A stretch of 63,752 bases of DNA, filler included, from Pelomyxa schiedti (GCA_020536535.1; 7 parts of 7 records of this genome joined end to end with filler, not necessarily neighbours in it), one strand, 5' to 3'; shown: positions 1-11,212, counted from the first letter of the whole stretch. Numbers and translations: made by a program. Notes: a model not told the origin generated them from the letters alone.

Positions 1-2
1 AA

Positions 3-758
3 ACGCTGTTTATTGAGGCCTGTAACAGTGGTAACCCATCAACAGCACAGTGGGTTATGAACAACGGTGCCCTCAGCACTGAAAGAGAGTGGTCCACAGC
101 AATGTGCAACTGCTGCAAGCTAGGTCACCTTAGAGTCTTGCAGTGGATGCACAACACACACCCATGTGACTCCCTAATGATGCTGATGCACGGCTCATTG
201 TGCATGGAACAGGCCTTTTCCCACGGCCATACTGATGTACTGGAATGGCTCATGTCCACCTACGGAACCAAGCACACATGTCGTACGTTCAGCTGCCCCC
301 CTGTTTCTATCATACAGAACCGGGACCTTTTCGATAGGCTCGCACAATGCCACGTCATTGGGGACGTGTCAGAGTCAGTCAAGCAGTGGTTCCCCTCGCT
401 GTGCGGCAGCTCTTCTGTGGAAATTGTGCAGGACATTGTGGAGAGGTTCAATGTTACAGCAGAGGACTGCAGAAGGGAAAACTGCAAGCCACTGAGGGCA
501 ACCTGTATGAAGGGAAATGTTGGGGTGGCCAGATGGATAACATCCAGGTTTGGGCTGGGATTGGAGGCTGTGGAACAGGAGAATGCACAGGCGTTCATGA
601 TGCCGTGCATAAATGGGCACATTCTATTTGCACAGTGGGTTTATGAACAGTTCCACATGACACCCGACTATGTAACAACTTTCATTGTTTCAGAGTGCCT
701 CAGGAAGCACCAACTTGATACACTGTGGTGGTGCCTTTCGAAGAAGAAGTCTGGGTAA
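3..758 (+). CDS. Ankyrin-like repeat protein (lineage-expanded family), 5'-partial
   Basis: Frame is open from position 3. Repeated 'C..G.L....W' units (ACNSGNPSTAQW, CCKLGHLRVLQW, TCMKGNVGVARW, PCINGHILFAQW). Confidence 0.7.
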   Translation, partial: TLFIEACNSGNPSTAQWVMNNGALSTEREWSTAMCNCCKLGHLRVLQWMHNTHPCDSLMMLMHGSLCMEQAFSHGHTDVLEWLMSTYGTKHTCRTFSCPPVSIIQNRDLFDRLAQCHVIGDVSESVKQWFPSLCGSSSVEIVQDIVERFNVTAEDCRRENCKPLRATCMKGNVGVARWITSRFGLGLEAVEQENAQAFMMPCINGHILFAQWVYEQFHMTPDYVTTFIVSECLRKHQLDTLWWCLSKKKSG

Positions 759-869
759 AGAAAGGTCAACTGGTTGACCCTTTTTTCTTTATGCTGAAGT
801 CAAAGAGTTTAGTTGATCTGGTGTGGTAGTTTGGCCAGCAAATTCATTTCGTCCAATTTGATTACAACA

Positions 870-3497
870 ATGGGTAACACTCCAGGGAGGAAAAACGACG
901 AGGGTGCACTCAATGTAGCTCCGCCGACCAAACCAAAAAAAGAAAAAACCACGACGTTGTCTTGTGAAGGTATGCTGTTGTTCGATGATCATTGTGCTCA
1001 CCATTACAGATATCCCCATGAACATACGTGTTAAAATCAGTCTTTTGGGAGGTGGTTCTCCTCTGGCTTGGTTTTTGAATTAAACAATGAACAGATGCTG
1101 GTGTCGGGAAAACTTCTTTTTGTTGTCGTTTTCAGGTGTGTAGTTGCCCAGTTTTGTATTTGAAGCTTATTGGTAAAGGGGAAACTGTATCCACTCGCAT
1201 CACCCCAGGAGCAGGTAAGGATTCACACTCTTACAGCAACCTAAATTCCTTTTTCCCAGTTTGAAAAATTTATAGACCATCTGAATTGTACGATACTATT
1301 GGTATTCACCTCTCACAACAGTGTGAACCTCACAGTCAACACAGCAAGATTACAGTGAAGTAACCACACCCGACCCACCTTCATAACTAAAAAGTGGGAA
1401 CACTGAAGGATGAATACCAGTTCAGAGGGGCTTCATTCGGCCTGCTTTTTTACGATGTTCATTCTCCCTGTGACCACTTGCAAGATTGGATAACGTCATT
1501 TGCTATGTTGGGAGCTGGCATTCACCTTGGTACATAATCAACTCACCCTCCAGCAGGTTCTCTACACCGGAATTAAACCCAGAGCTCATCATCATTGGAA
1601 ACAAAATTGACTGCACATCGTGCAGATCCCAAGTTCAGGTCTCTTTGTTTGTTTCACATGAAACAATTAATTCTCCCTGCATGAACTAGACCCTTCTCGA
1701 CAGAAAAGTGTACTCCACCTTGTGTGTTTCTTCTGTTTCAATTCACACTAACTATGAACAGCAACATCAGTGTTAAAACTGGTGACGGGCTGGAAGAACT
1801 GTGGGAATACATTTACACAAAAGTTGTAGCTCAGCTTTGGAAAAAACAAGTTGAATCCTTGAAAGAACAACTCTTCGAAGAAAGTGAAAGAGACTCTGCA
1901 AGGGTGTGTTGTAAGTGAAAACCTTCAAGCTAATGAAACCACAGCAAGTTGACTCTCTGAAGAAACAACTGGAAGATGTACAACTCTACCATCTCGATCT
2001 CTGAAAATAAAGTCACCCACAGGAGCAAACTGCAGCCAAACAGCTGAGGACACAGCTCACAGAAGACGTGAGATATGAGGTATACCTTCCTCTTCACAAA
2101 ACCAATCTGATTGAGAATAACAGAAGTTGTCCTCAGCCTTAAAAGGTTTCAAAAAAACACTTCGAAATGTGACCTATGAAAAAAGATGTGACTAGTCTCA
2201 AAGCTAAGAATGAGATATTGGCAGCTGAAAATACGAATCTGAAAAGAAAGCTATCATTGTCCAGGCACAAAACCAAGCAAGTGAAGGTTTAAAAAAGCAC
2301 CATGGCATGAACCACACCAACAAACAAAAGGAACGAATTGGACAGATGACTTCATTGATTCCAGCTGACATTTCTGACTTCACCCCAGAGAAACTCCTTG
2401 GCACAGGTGCCAGTGCTGTGGCTTTCCAAGTTGGGTTTTTTGGTAGTGGGTTCCCATCAAACGAGTCCATGGTGATGAAAGTGCTCTTCAACTGGGAGAA
2501 CACGCCAAGGCACACAAGGCTGCGGCAGAAATACATGGCTGAGTGTGTTATTCTCTCTTCCATGCCAGCACATCCAAATGTGATCCAACCACTTGGCGCA
2601 CTTGTCATTCCCAGGTCAGGGTCCCACCATCAATATCCTCTAATATGTTCACAACAGATTGCCTGACGAGTTTATTGAGCAAATTCCACCAAGTCAGACT
2701 GTATTCAGAGAGATGGCCCTGAATAAGTCACTTGCATTTATTATGCCACTTGGCGGAATCCCACTGTCCTCATTTCTCCAATCCCTTCTGCCCTCATCAC
2801 CCAAAGCTCCTCCTCTTCCACCATGGGAAATGACACTGAAGACATTCCAACAGGCACTCAAGGCAGTGAACCACATTGAAATCAACAAGATTGTTCACAG
2901 GTTAAACCCAAGTTCTGTCAAAATTACCTCACAAACCAAAACAGGGACATCAAAGAGGATAACCTGTTGGTTGATCCAGTGACAAACACACTGTCTCTAA
3001 TTGACTTTGGTGAGGCAACAAGGTGCCCAAGAGCAGACCTTGAGGTCACATTATCATCTGAGCAACAACTGTGGGGGAACACAGGTACTATGCCACCAGA
3101 GTTGAACACACTCGCGAGGACACTCAGGGCCACTGGCACATCACAATTCTCATACTCCAAGTGTGACTCCTTTGCACTTGCTGTCACCTTCTATGATACC
3201 CTCCTGCCGACAGACCACAAGTTCATCGGGAGCCCACAGAACCACAACATGTCCACGTTCACACCTGCCAAGCTCATGGCCTCGTTCCCTGACCCCCTCT
3301 CCTTCTTCCCGACTCCTCCTCCATCACTCACAACTCAGGGCAGTTCAACAGCCACTTTGACAAGCAGCATGACCAACATTCAAAACCAGATAAAGAATGT
3401 ACTGGTACGCATGATGGCGGCCGACAAGGAGACAAGGATGTCATCCTCCGATGCCATTCAGTCCCTCTCTCATTCTCTGGTTGGTGGTGGTGACTGA
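870..3497 (+). CDS. Multi-exon fusion protein: Ras-superfamily small GTPase domain + coiled coil + PINK1-like Ser/Thr kinase
   Basis: Spliced translation gives MGNTPG (possible myristoylation), P-loop KISLLG|DAGVGKTSF, G4 IIGNKID and G5 ISVKTG. Kinase motifs follow: LLGTGASAVAF, VMK, HPNVI, HR|DIKEDNLL, IDFG, GNTGTMPPE, YSKCDSFA. Short GT-AG introns; exon joins in the coiled-coil part are approximate. Confidence 0.7.
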
Positions 3498-3659
3498 GTA
3501 ATTGACCCACAAACATTTGACAACAGCTCTTAACCTCGGTTTTGAGCAAAACGATACTGTAGCTGGCGTGCCTGAAACACAATGTCCATCATGAAACTGT
3601 GACAGGTCTGCGAAAATGATCAACGTTTTTGTTCAACTTACTGTATTCTATTCTCGCAG

Positions 3660-4937
3660 ATGCTTCGCGTTTATCATGGGGTCAGGGCGAGGGACCAGGC
3701 GCTAGCTCTCATGCTGGCTAGTCGTCGACGCCCTTCATCAAATACTGCGGCCGTCACCCGTTGTTTCATGTCGCAGCTGCCACACGCAGTGCTATGCGAG
3801 TTCCTCCGAACGTGGGTGTTGCTCACTGCCCGCAGCGTAGTCCTCGTCGTAACCAGAACCGACCACCTGGACGACGACGACGACGACTTCTACGCGTCCG
3901 CCCCCACCGGCTCCATGCACGTGCTAGTCGGAGTGGGCCACGCCCTGGGCCTAACGCAGGGCGCCCCAGCCGTCACGTGGACAGGCAACCTGGACTCCCC
4001 TGTTTTTGCGCTGCTGGCTGATCCCTCTGTGCCATCCAAGACCCTGGCGGGCGTGAGCCTTCGCGGGTCTATGAGCATTGTCGACACCAGGGGGCAGAGG
4101 CCCACGTGGACGGCCAGAAGCGGTAGCTTGGGGCAACAACAGCTTGGGATGGCATGTGGCCGCGAGTGGCTGGTGCTGAGCTGCCTGGCCGAGGCAAGGT
4201 ACACGCTCAAGGTGTGGAAGCTGGAGAATCACGGTGGGGGGTTCCCTGAGGGGGACCCTGTGGTGCTGGATTTGGGTGCTGCTGTTGATGACCGTGGTGG
4301 GCCGGTGGAGGTGGTCCCGAGGGGCCTGTTTGTAATTGTGAAGTTTGCTCACACACATTTCTGCTCTGGTGGGAGCGGTGGTGGGTGTATTGGTGACGGG
4401 GATGAGCTGAGTATTGTGACTGACCTGGATTGCAGGTGCAGCTTCAAAGTGGTGGATGTCAGGAAGTGCTTTGAGTCAGGGATAATTACGGTGTTGAAGC
4501 AGGTTTGTGTTGTGAGGGATCCAATGTGGGCAGAAGTTGCGAGGTATAAGTTCCTGGAGTCCAGGAGAGATGGCAGGCTGTTTATTGCATACTGGATTCT
4601 GCACAAAATGGCAACTGTTATTCAGGATGTGGAATCTGGAGTGTGCACTGTTCTCCCTATTTCTGAGGTTTCGCAACTCGATGGTTCTCACTATGGTGCA
4701 GCAATTGGAGAGCCTACAAGGAGTGGAATTTATCAAATAGGAACAAACACTCTTGTGAGGGAGTGGTCTGGGAAAGGGCCCAATCCAAACGCTTGGTCAA
4801 ATGGGCTATTTTTCAGCTGCAGTAACAACAAAATCTCCTGCTTCGAGGCAGTGTCTGGCATCCACATCGTTTCTTTCTCAGTTGTGGGAACCAAAAAGCC
4901 ACCAGTGTTTTTCTGTCCCATGTCACCACCCTTTTAA
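3660..4937 (+). CDS. 'ARDQ' family hypothetical protein (425 aa, single exon)
   Basis: Long ORF with the N-terminal motif RARDQALAL...LPHAVLCEF..WV and VGVGHALGL, shared with other ORFs in the window. Confidence 0.75.
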   Translation: MLRVYHGVRARDQALALMLASRRRPSSNTAAVTRCFMSQLPHAVLCEFLRTWVLLTARSVVLVVTRTDHLDDDDDDFYASAPTGSMHVLVGVGHALGLTQGAPAVTWTGNLDSPVFALLADPSVPSKTLAGVSLRGSMSIVDTRGQRPTWTARSGSLGQQQLGMACGREWLVLSCLAEARYTLKVWKLENHGGGFPEGDPVVLDLGAAVDDRGGPVEVVPRGLFVIVKFAHTHFCSGGSGGGCIGDGDELSIVTDLDCRCSFKVVDVRKCFESGIITVLKQVCVVRDPMWAEVARYKFLESRRDGRLFIAYWILHKMATVIQDVESGVCTVLPISEVSQLDGSHYGAAIGEPTRSGIYQIGTNTLVREWSGKGPNPNAWSNGLFFSCSNNKISCFEAVSGIHIVSFSVVGTKKPPVFFCPMSPPF

Positions 4938-5028
4938 AGGTGTCATTGAAGACAATACTTGTTTTTACGATTTTCGCCGCAAAGGTGATTGGTGAGGGTG
5001 TATCAAGGCGAAGGTGTATTCATTTACT

Positions 5029-6171
5029 TTACAAAGAGAGTACAGCAATGTGAGAGCCAGTGTTGGTGTCAACAAACACAATTTTGAGTGGGGAAATTTG
5101 CACTGGGATCACGCCTCGCCTGTTCAGCTTGTACATTGGAGCGATCTCGTCACAACTCCAAATGGGGGTGGTTGTATCAGTCAAGTTGTAAAAGCAGTGC
5201 TTGATCGGTGGCCCCCTGGTCACCACCCAAACGTGGTTATCATTCACCAACGAAATGTTGCTGCTGTTTTTGAACGTGACAGTGCTTGTATGTGATGAGC
5301 TGTGGTGTACGGTCACAACCAAGTCATCGTCTCCAATGCTGCACGGCGGCAATGTGCAGATTGGGAGCCCTCCAACAACTTCGAAGCTGGCGAGGCCTGG
5401 GAACAACCACTTGTCAGCGATGCTCACTTCACTGCTTGTGTAGGTTTTCTGCAGGTCAACAAACACGGCACTGGCTGAAGATGTCCGCAGCTTGGCCCTT
5501 TTTAGGTTGCCACCCCACATCACAAGAGTGTCCCCGCTGATGTGAAGAGACTCCTGCAGGAACTCTCCGCTGACAGTGCGCGGTGGGCCATCCTGTGGCT
5601 CTCCCTCGCTGACCTTCCATAAATCCAGACTCCTGGGGTCTTTCCTCACGATCCAGCTCCTGCTGCATTCAAGGACACCACCACGAAACGGCGCGAACGT
5701 GCGCAGCACCCCATGCGCCCCACCAACGACGACGCACAAGGTGTTCTCGCACACCATCACGAGGCGGTTGTCGCCAATGGCCCCGGCCACGTAGCACAGC
5801 GCCCGGTTCACGCTCGTCGTGGGCACGCTGTCGATGCACTCGCAGTAGACCACCCCGAGCGTGGGCGACACCCCAATCGACACGTGGACCCTCCCTGGGC
5901 GTTGTATGAGAGTCATGCCGATGGGCGTGGAGGGGCACAGGACCCAGGAGCGGCCGAACTCCCACAGCGACGCGATGGTGCCCCGAGACCACGCCGCGGT
6001 CACTGGGCTCGTGCGCCCGCACCTGCCAACCAGTGCGCCTGCGGCCACGGCCATGAACTGGTCCCGCGCCCTGATCACTGCCTCGATCCTGGGGCTTCCT
6101 CCTTGTCGTGGTGGGTGTGTGTTGGCGGTAGCTCTGCCATCGCCTCCGCCGGGCACCACCTCATCTCCCAT
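5029..6171 (-). CDS. 'ARDQ' family hypothetical protein (380 aa)
   Basis: ATG at 6171 (MGDEVV). IRARDQFMAV...GRCG..SP and IGVSPTLGV motifs; close paralog of 8099..9283. Confidence 0.75.
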   Translation of the reverse strand: MGDEVVPGGGDGRATANTHPPRQGGSPRIEAVIRARDQFMAVAAGALVGRCGRTSPVTAAWSRGTIASLWEFGRSWVLCPSTPIGMTLIQRPGRVHVSIGVSPTLGVVYCECIDSVPTTSVNRALCYVAGAIGDNRLVMVCENTLCVVVGGAHGVLRTFAPFRGGVLECSRSWIVRKDPRSLDLWKVSEGEPQDGPPRTVSGEFLQESLHISGDTLVMWGGNLKRAKLRTSSASAVFVDLQKTYTSSEVSIADKWLFPGLASFEVVGGLPICTLPPCSIGDDDLVVTVHHSSSHTSTVTFKNSSNISLVNDNHVWVVTRGPPIKHCFYNLTDTTTPIWSCDEIAPMYKLNRRGVIPVQISPLKIVFVDTNTGSHIAVLSL

Positions 6172-6217
6172 TTTGATTTCTCTTTTTGATGGTTTGCAAA
6201 GTTCAAAGAAAAAACTG

Positions 6218-7471
6218 ATGGGACAAACGCTGTGGGGTGTCGGCGGTGCTTCAGTCCGGTCGCCTGAAACTGAGGCACCAATCGCCAGCACGACTACGAT
6301 TACAGCAAGGAGGGATCTCGTGGCCACGTCAATTAAATTCACTCGGCCGAAGTCCGACCTCCTCATGGTTTGTTGCCCCGTGGTTCTGGCACTTATGGCC
6401 GGTACGCACCCCAGGTGCGGGGCGCGCAGCCCAGTGGCCATTGTGGGATGCCAGGGCGCACTCATCACGAGGTTCCTTGTTGATTTCGTTGCCCTGGAAT
6501 TGACTGAGGTGAGGGTTTGTGTGCGCGGGTGGGGGTGGCTTGGTATCTTGCATTCCGGGAAGTGGAAGAAGCACTTCTGTTTCTCCTTGTCACCGCTTCT
6601 TGGAATCACGAGAGACGTCACCACAGTGGATGAATCCTCCGTTGGGTCTTTTGAAAAGCCATGGTGCAACTGGTTGAGGGCAGAAAACTCGCTGTGGGGA
6701 GTAGCATCCGGTACGCCCGCGAGAGACAAATGGGCTCGCGCACCAGTCAGGTACTTCAGGGTTACTTCCAAACTGGAATGGGGGCATACTGTGAGCATTC
6801 CACTTGGAGGTTCCAAAGATTATGCTGTGTGGTTTCTCGGCTTGGATGATGTGACACCAAATGAGCTCCTGCTGATTGTATCCAGCCCAGAGGATCCAAG
6901 CACGGCTGTTCACATGGTTATTGACTTGGAGCGGTCATTTTCAAGCAAAACCATTGTTGTTCTGAATGAAGCACCTGTTGTCTGGCCATTCAAAGTGGTA
7001 AACGCAAAATTTGAAATCAAATCAACAACGGTCATGAGGAGGAACCAAATTGGCCACCGCATTTTCCTGTCACACATCAATTGGCCTCCTCAAAGAGAGC
7101 AGGTAATCGAGTCAGTGGAAGGCAGTGGAACTGTCAAAGAACTTCTTTCAGCAGAAATGTTCCAGCTCTCAAAATTCAGTGAGACTATGTTCTTCCTTTT
7201 CTCGTGGCAGCGGGGCTCATGCTGGTCATACCAAGTCCGGGAATGCTGCGAGTTGGAATCGAGGCCCCTGAGGTCGTTTCGCCTTACTGAATGCACGTCA
7301 TCACTCCTTGACCCTCCAGCTTGTTGCGGAGTTCTGATCTATTTTGCACCACCAAATCACATCAGGGTTGTGGAGTTACTCTCTTGTGTCACTGTGCTCG
7401 AGGTTGAGTTGGTGGATGCACCTGAACTTGAAGAAAGCAAGTTATTTGTAGGGGATTTTGATGTCACCTGA
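6218..7471 (+). CDS. Hypothetical protein, divergent 'ARDQ'-related family, head-to-head with 5029..6171
   Basis: ATG at 6218 (MGQTLWG). VLALMAGTHPRCGARSP and GISPLLG-like (FSLSPLLGI) motifs; VIDLERSFS also occurs in paralogs. Confidence 0.7.
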   Translation: MGQTLWGVGGASVRSPETEAPIASTTTITARRDLVATSIKFTRPKSDLLMVCCPVVLALMAGTHPRCGARSPVAIVGCQGALITRFLVDFVALELTEVRVCVRGWGWLGILHSGKWKKHFCFSLSPLLGITRDVTTVDESSVGSFEKPWCNWLRAENSLWGVASGTPARDKWARAPVRYFRVTSKLEWGHTVSIPLGGSKDYAVWFLGLDDVTPNELLLIVSSPEDPSTAVHMVIDLERSFSSKTIVVLNEAPVVWPFKVVNAKFEIKSTTVMRRNQIGHRIFLSHINWPPQREQVIESVEGSGTVKELLSAEMFQLSKFSETMFFLFSWQRGSCWSYQVRECCELESRPLRSFRLTECTSSLLDPPACCGVLIYFAPPNHIRVVELLSCVTVLEVELVDAPELEESKLFVGDFDVT

Positions 7472-8069
7472 CACTTCAATATCTGGTTTGTTGGAACTGG
7501 TTCACATTGAACATACCTTTGCAACCAAAAAATTGGTTGTGTTGAGTTCCACGAGGTTCCTGGGGCTTCTTCCAAAAAATATCAAGCAGAGCTTTGTGCT
7601 AAACAAACGGAACTGTGGCCGGGCATTCATTATGGTCACAGAACTCGCTTCAGGAGGAATTGGTATTTCATTGGTGGAAGGCATCCCTATTACAACAGCA
7701 GTGTGTATACGCGCAGCAGAGATGAACGCAAGGGTATCCCAGCTGACTGAATCACTGTTTTGTGTTTCTCCTGGCGCCACCGAGGACGATCCACCAAGAC
7801 CATCCCAAGTGATTGAAATCTGGGATGTCAACAGTGCAACCCATGGCCCACTGCGACTTGTCACATCCCCTGATGACTGTAGTGGCGTCCATGCCCAGGG
7901 TGGCTTGCTGTTGTACTGGAAGCGAGACCACTCCCAGCAGGATGAATCGCAGATGGAACTCACTGATGCCTCAACAGGGATCCACATCCTCACTCTCAGG
8001 TACCAAGACAGTAGTGTTGCTGCTGAAACACGAAGTTCCTCTTTGTCCATTTTTCACCTGAAATTATGA
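7458..8069 (+). pseudogene. 5'-truncated C-terminal half of an ARDQ-family paralog abutting the previous gene
   Basis: Begins at a position homologous to the middle of the preceding protein (LVHIEHTFATKKLVVL vs VIDLERSFSSKTIVVL). Ends with the family C-terminus DASTGIHILTL and lacks the N-terminal motif. Confidence 0.5.
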
Positions 8070-8098
8070 ACAAATAAATTTCATTTCCATGTTTTGCA

Positions 8099-9283
8099 TT
8101 ACAAATAGAGAACAGCAAGGTGAGATCCAGTGTTTGTATCAACAAACACTGTTTTGAGTGGGGAAATATGCACTGGAATCACACCTTGCCTGGGGGGTCT
8201 GGGCATATCTGCAAGCACAAGCGGCTCAGCCACACTGAAAACGGGCTTCGAAGTGTCACTCAGGTTGTAGAAGTGGTGCGTTTCCGGTGGCCCCCTGCTT
8301 GTCGCACAAACGTTGTTATCACTGGTAAACGAAATTCTGCAGCAGTCTTTGAACATGACAGTGCTTATGTGTGATGTGCTGTGGTGAACATTAAGACCCA
8401 TTTCATCCTTCCCTCGTATCAATGTGCAGACTGGGAACGCTCCTACAAAATCAGAACTGGCAAGGCTTGTGCACTCCCACTGGTCAGTGATGCACATTTC
8501 TCTGCTTGTGTATGTCTTCTGCAGGTCAACAAACAATACACTGGCCGTGAACAAACTCCTCATCGCGTCTCTTCTCTCCGACCTGAAGCGAACTACCATC
8601 ACCAGCGTGTCCCCGCTGATGTGGAGATATTCCGTCGCGACTCTGGCGGGGACAGAGTGTGGTGCCCTGCCCTCGTCCAGCTCGCCGTCGCGAACCCTCC
8701 ACAGATCCAGAGAGTCGGGGGTTTTCCTCACGATCCAGCGGGTGGTGCACTCGCCGACGGGGCCGAGCAGCGACGGCGTGGTCACGCGCGGCTTGCGGCG
8801 GGCGGGGGCCCCCGGCGGCTCGGCGAGGTACCACCTCTGGTCGCACACCATCACCACGCGGTTGTTGCCGACGGCGCCGGCCAAGTAGCACAGCGCCTCG
8901 CTCATGCTCGTGGGCGAGTTCTCCCAGCACTCGCAGTAGACCACCCCGAGCGTGGGCGACACCCCCATCGACACGTGGACGCGTTCGAACAAGTCGGGGT
9001 AGTGGGGGTTTGGCAGCAGGGTCATGCCGATGGGCGTGGAGGGGAACAGGACCCAGGAGCGGCCAAACTCCCACAGCGACGCGATGGTGCCCCGAGACCA
9101 CGCCGCGGTCACTGGGCTCCCAACACCGCACCTGCCCACCAGTGCGCCTGTCGCCACGGCCAGGAACTGGTCTCGCGCCCTGATCGCTGCCTCGATCCTG
9201 GGGCCTCGCTGCGGAGGGGGCGGTGGCGCCGGAGGGGGTGCCGATGGAGCAAGAGGCGTGTCGGTGGCAACGCCGTCACCCAT
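8099..9283 (-). CDS. 'ARDQ' family hypothetical protein (394 aa)
   Basis: ATG at 9283 (MGDGVAT). IRARDQFLAV..GRCG; strong similarity to 5029..6171 along its length. Confidence 0.75.
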   Translation of the reverse strand: MGDGVATDTPLAPSAPPPAPPPPPQRGPRIEAAIRARDQFLAVATGALVGRCGVGSPVTAAWSRGTIASLWEFGRSWVLFPSTPIGMTLLPNPHYPDLFERVHVSMGVSPTLGVVYCECWENSPTSMSEALCYLAGAVGNNRVVMVCDQRWYLAEPPGAPARRKPRVTTPSLLGPVGECTTRWIVRKTPDSLDLWRVRDGELDEGRAPHSVPARVATEYLHISGDTLVMVVRFRSERRDAMRSLFTASVLFVDLQKTYTSREMCITDQWECTSLASSDFVGAFPVCTLIRGKDEMGLNVHHSTSHISTVMFKDCCRISFTSDNNVCATSRGPPETHHFYNLSDTSKPVFSVAEPLVLADMPRPPRQGVIPVHISPLKTVFVDTNTGSHLAVLYL

Positions 9284-9339
9284 CAGACAAATCAATAGTC
9301 CAACCGACTGCGATTCTTGGAAAACCAAGCGGCGCGGTG

Positions 9340-9866
9340 ATGGGAGGTGCATGGCCGTCCTCGCTGCTGGGCAGCACACAAACTCCACTAGAGTTACCCC
9401 CAGCACGCGATCCAACGTCGATGCCCGTGGTCCCGCTCCTGCTTCAGACCAAAGCCCCGGGCCCCATTGGAGGCACCGCTCCACCAACTGCAGCCCCAGA
9501 GCCCCAACGGCGCTGCGCCTCGCTCCGGTACCACAACCGGGGGAGGGTGTTTGCGCTGGCGTGCGGGGGCCACGCGAGGTGCGGGGCGGGGTGCCCAGAG
9601 GGCGTGAGGGGCGTCGCGGCGGCGCCGGGGCTGGTGGTGCTGCTGTGGGGGCTCATGGACGCGCTCTCGCCGTGGTCGTGCGACTACGCCGGGTTCACGA
9701 GGGCGGCTGTGATGAATCTGATAGGGGGGCTCCGCGGGGACGGAGTAATGGGAGTCGTGAGGGTGCAACCCGCTAGCAGTGGTGATGATTCTCCCGGTTG
9801 TTGTGGCTGTGTCCGGGATGAATGGAGGCTGGTGGAACTGAAAGAGCGGTGGAGTGAGGGGAATCG
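9340..9866 (+). CDS. ARDQ-related hypothetical protein, 3' end lost in gap
   Basis: ATG at 9340 (MGGAWPS); motif RVFALACGGHARCG; near-identical to the gene at 11213. Confidence 0.6.
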
Positions 9867-9966
9867 NNNNNNNNNNNNNNNNNNNNNNNNNNNNNNNNNN
9901 NNNNNNNNNNNNNNNNNNNNNNNNNNNNNNNNNNNNNNNNNNNNNNNNNNNNNNNNNNNNNNNNNN
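9867..9966. other. 100-N scaffold gap
   Basis: Run of N. Confidence 0.99.
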
Positions 9967-10175
9967 GTTGTACAAGTTATTGCCAACAATTCACAGGAGC
10001 AAGATTCCAAATCACTTCCGTGCTTGGGGAGAAAGAGGGTCCGGGAGTTTCATTGACAAGCACACATAAACAGAAAAAAAGTCGAACCGGCCGGAAATCG
10101 ATCCGGCGATCTCTGTTGTTTCGATCAGGTCCGAGTGAGGGGGAAAAACTTTAGTTGGTGGTTTTCTTAGGAGGT

Positions 10176-11028
10176 TTAATACAAAGAATAGTAAGGTGTG
10201 ATTCTTTGAATCAGTTCAGCTCTTCGACCTTGCTTTGGTAGGTTATGGTCAATTAACCACTGTTGCATGTTTTTCACAGTGAAAGTTGTTGCTGTGGAAG
10301 CTACAATATCTGCTTTTTTGAGTAGCTTTAACACTGGTTTCTCTAATTGTTGCTGAAGCATTTGTTGAGTTTGTTTAGTCTCCAATAATGCTTGAACTTG
10401 AGCAGCACTTGTGATAGTAATTGCTTTCTGATGGCAACAACCATCAGATGGGAGCTGCTTGACCAAGACTGTATTTGGGGGTTCAAAATCAAAGAGGAAA
10501 TACTTCTTGATCCCTGGAAACTCAGTTTGATCATTAGGGATCTTGGTAATTAACCAAGAAGGCAAATCAAATGCAACACTGTTAGAAAGTTGATTTATGG
10601 TGTTTATAATGGTCTCTTTGCTTTGCAGTAGATGTACTGAAAGGCTGCTTCGCAAATGTCTCTTCACAGAACTGAAGTGAGAATCACAAATGGAGTGTCC
10701 ATGATGAGGAGCAAAAAAGAATAACGAAAAGCTTAAATTGGAGTCAGGAAACTTTGTGTGCACTTTAGTTTTTAACTGCAAGACCATAAGCATCATTAAA
10801 ATTACCATGAAATACTACCATTTGAAAAGTGCCTAAGTTTTGAGCTCCTTTTAAACCTCCATCTTGCCAAAGGTAGATGTGATGTAAATGACTAAGAAGA
10901 GAGCTTGCTGGATTGTTTAACATCAATTTTTCCCAAGCAGTACGTGTGAACCTGTAATTTATAAAAGGGTAATAAAAAAGAAGTATTTTCATACTGCCAA
11001 TTATGAGAATACTCAGCAACAAAATCAA
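10176..11028 (-). mobile_element. Intron-containing DDD/E transposase-like gene fragment (Sola-like) with C-terminal SAP domain
   Basis: Spliced reading HIYLWQDGGLKGAQNLGTFQM|LKTK...FFFAPHHGHSICDSHFSSVKR resembles the second and third catalytic Asp motifs of Sola-like transposases. C-terminus FTVKNMQQWLIDHNLPKQGRRAELIQRI fits the SAP consensus. AT-rich relative to its flanks. Confidence 0.55.
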
Positions 11029-11212
11029 AAAACACCTTTGTATACCCCCCTGTGGGGTGCTTTTGAATCATAGTGATATTATAGGTATGAATCTAATGAG
11101 GTAATGAGATTGTTTCACTCACTTTGAGAGCTTCTGATTCATGAAATCTACTGTAGTCAGCACTCAATAATCCAACCGACTGCGATTCTTGGAAAACCAA
11201 AGCGGCTTGGTG

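Noticed and set aside
5861-6816. Long overlapping antisense ORF extensions (595 aa and 536 aa calls; similarly 24011..25357 and 8381..9298)
   Set aside because: Stop-poor GC-rich antisense frames; family homology begins at the internal ATGs 6171 and 6218.
10082-10116. tRNA 3'-half-like hairpin on the minus strand (GCCGG-ATCGATTT-CCGGC) followed by a T run
   Set aside because: No D arm, anticodon arm or matching 5' acceptor strand upstream; not a complete tRNA.
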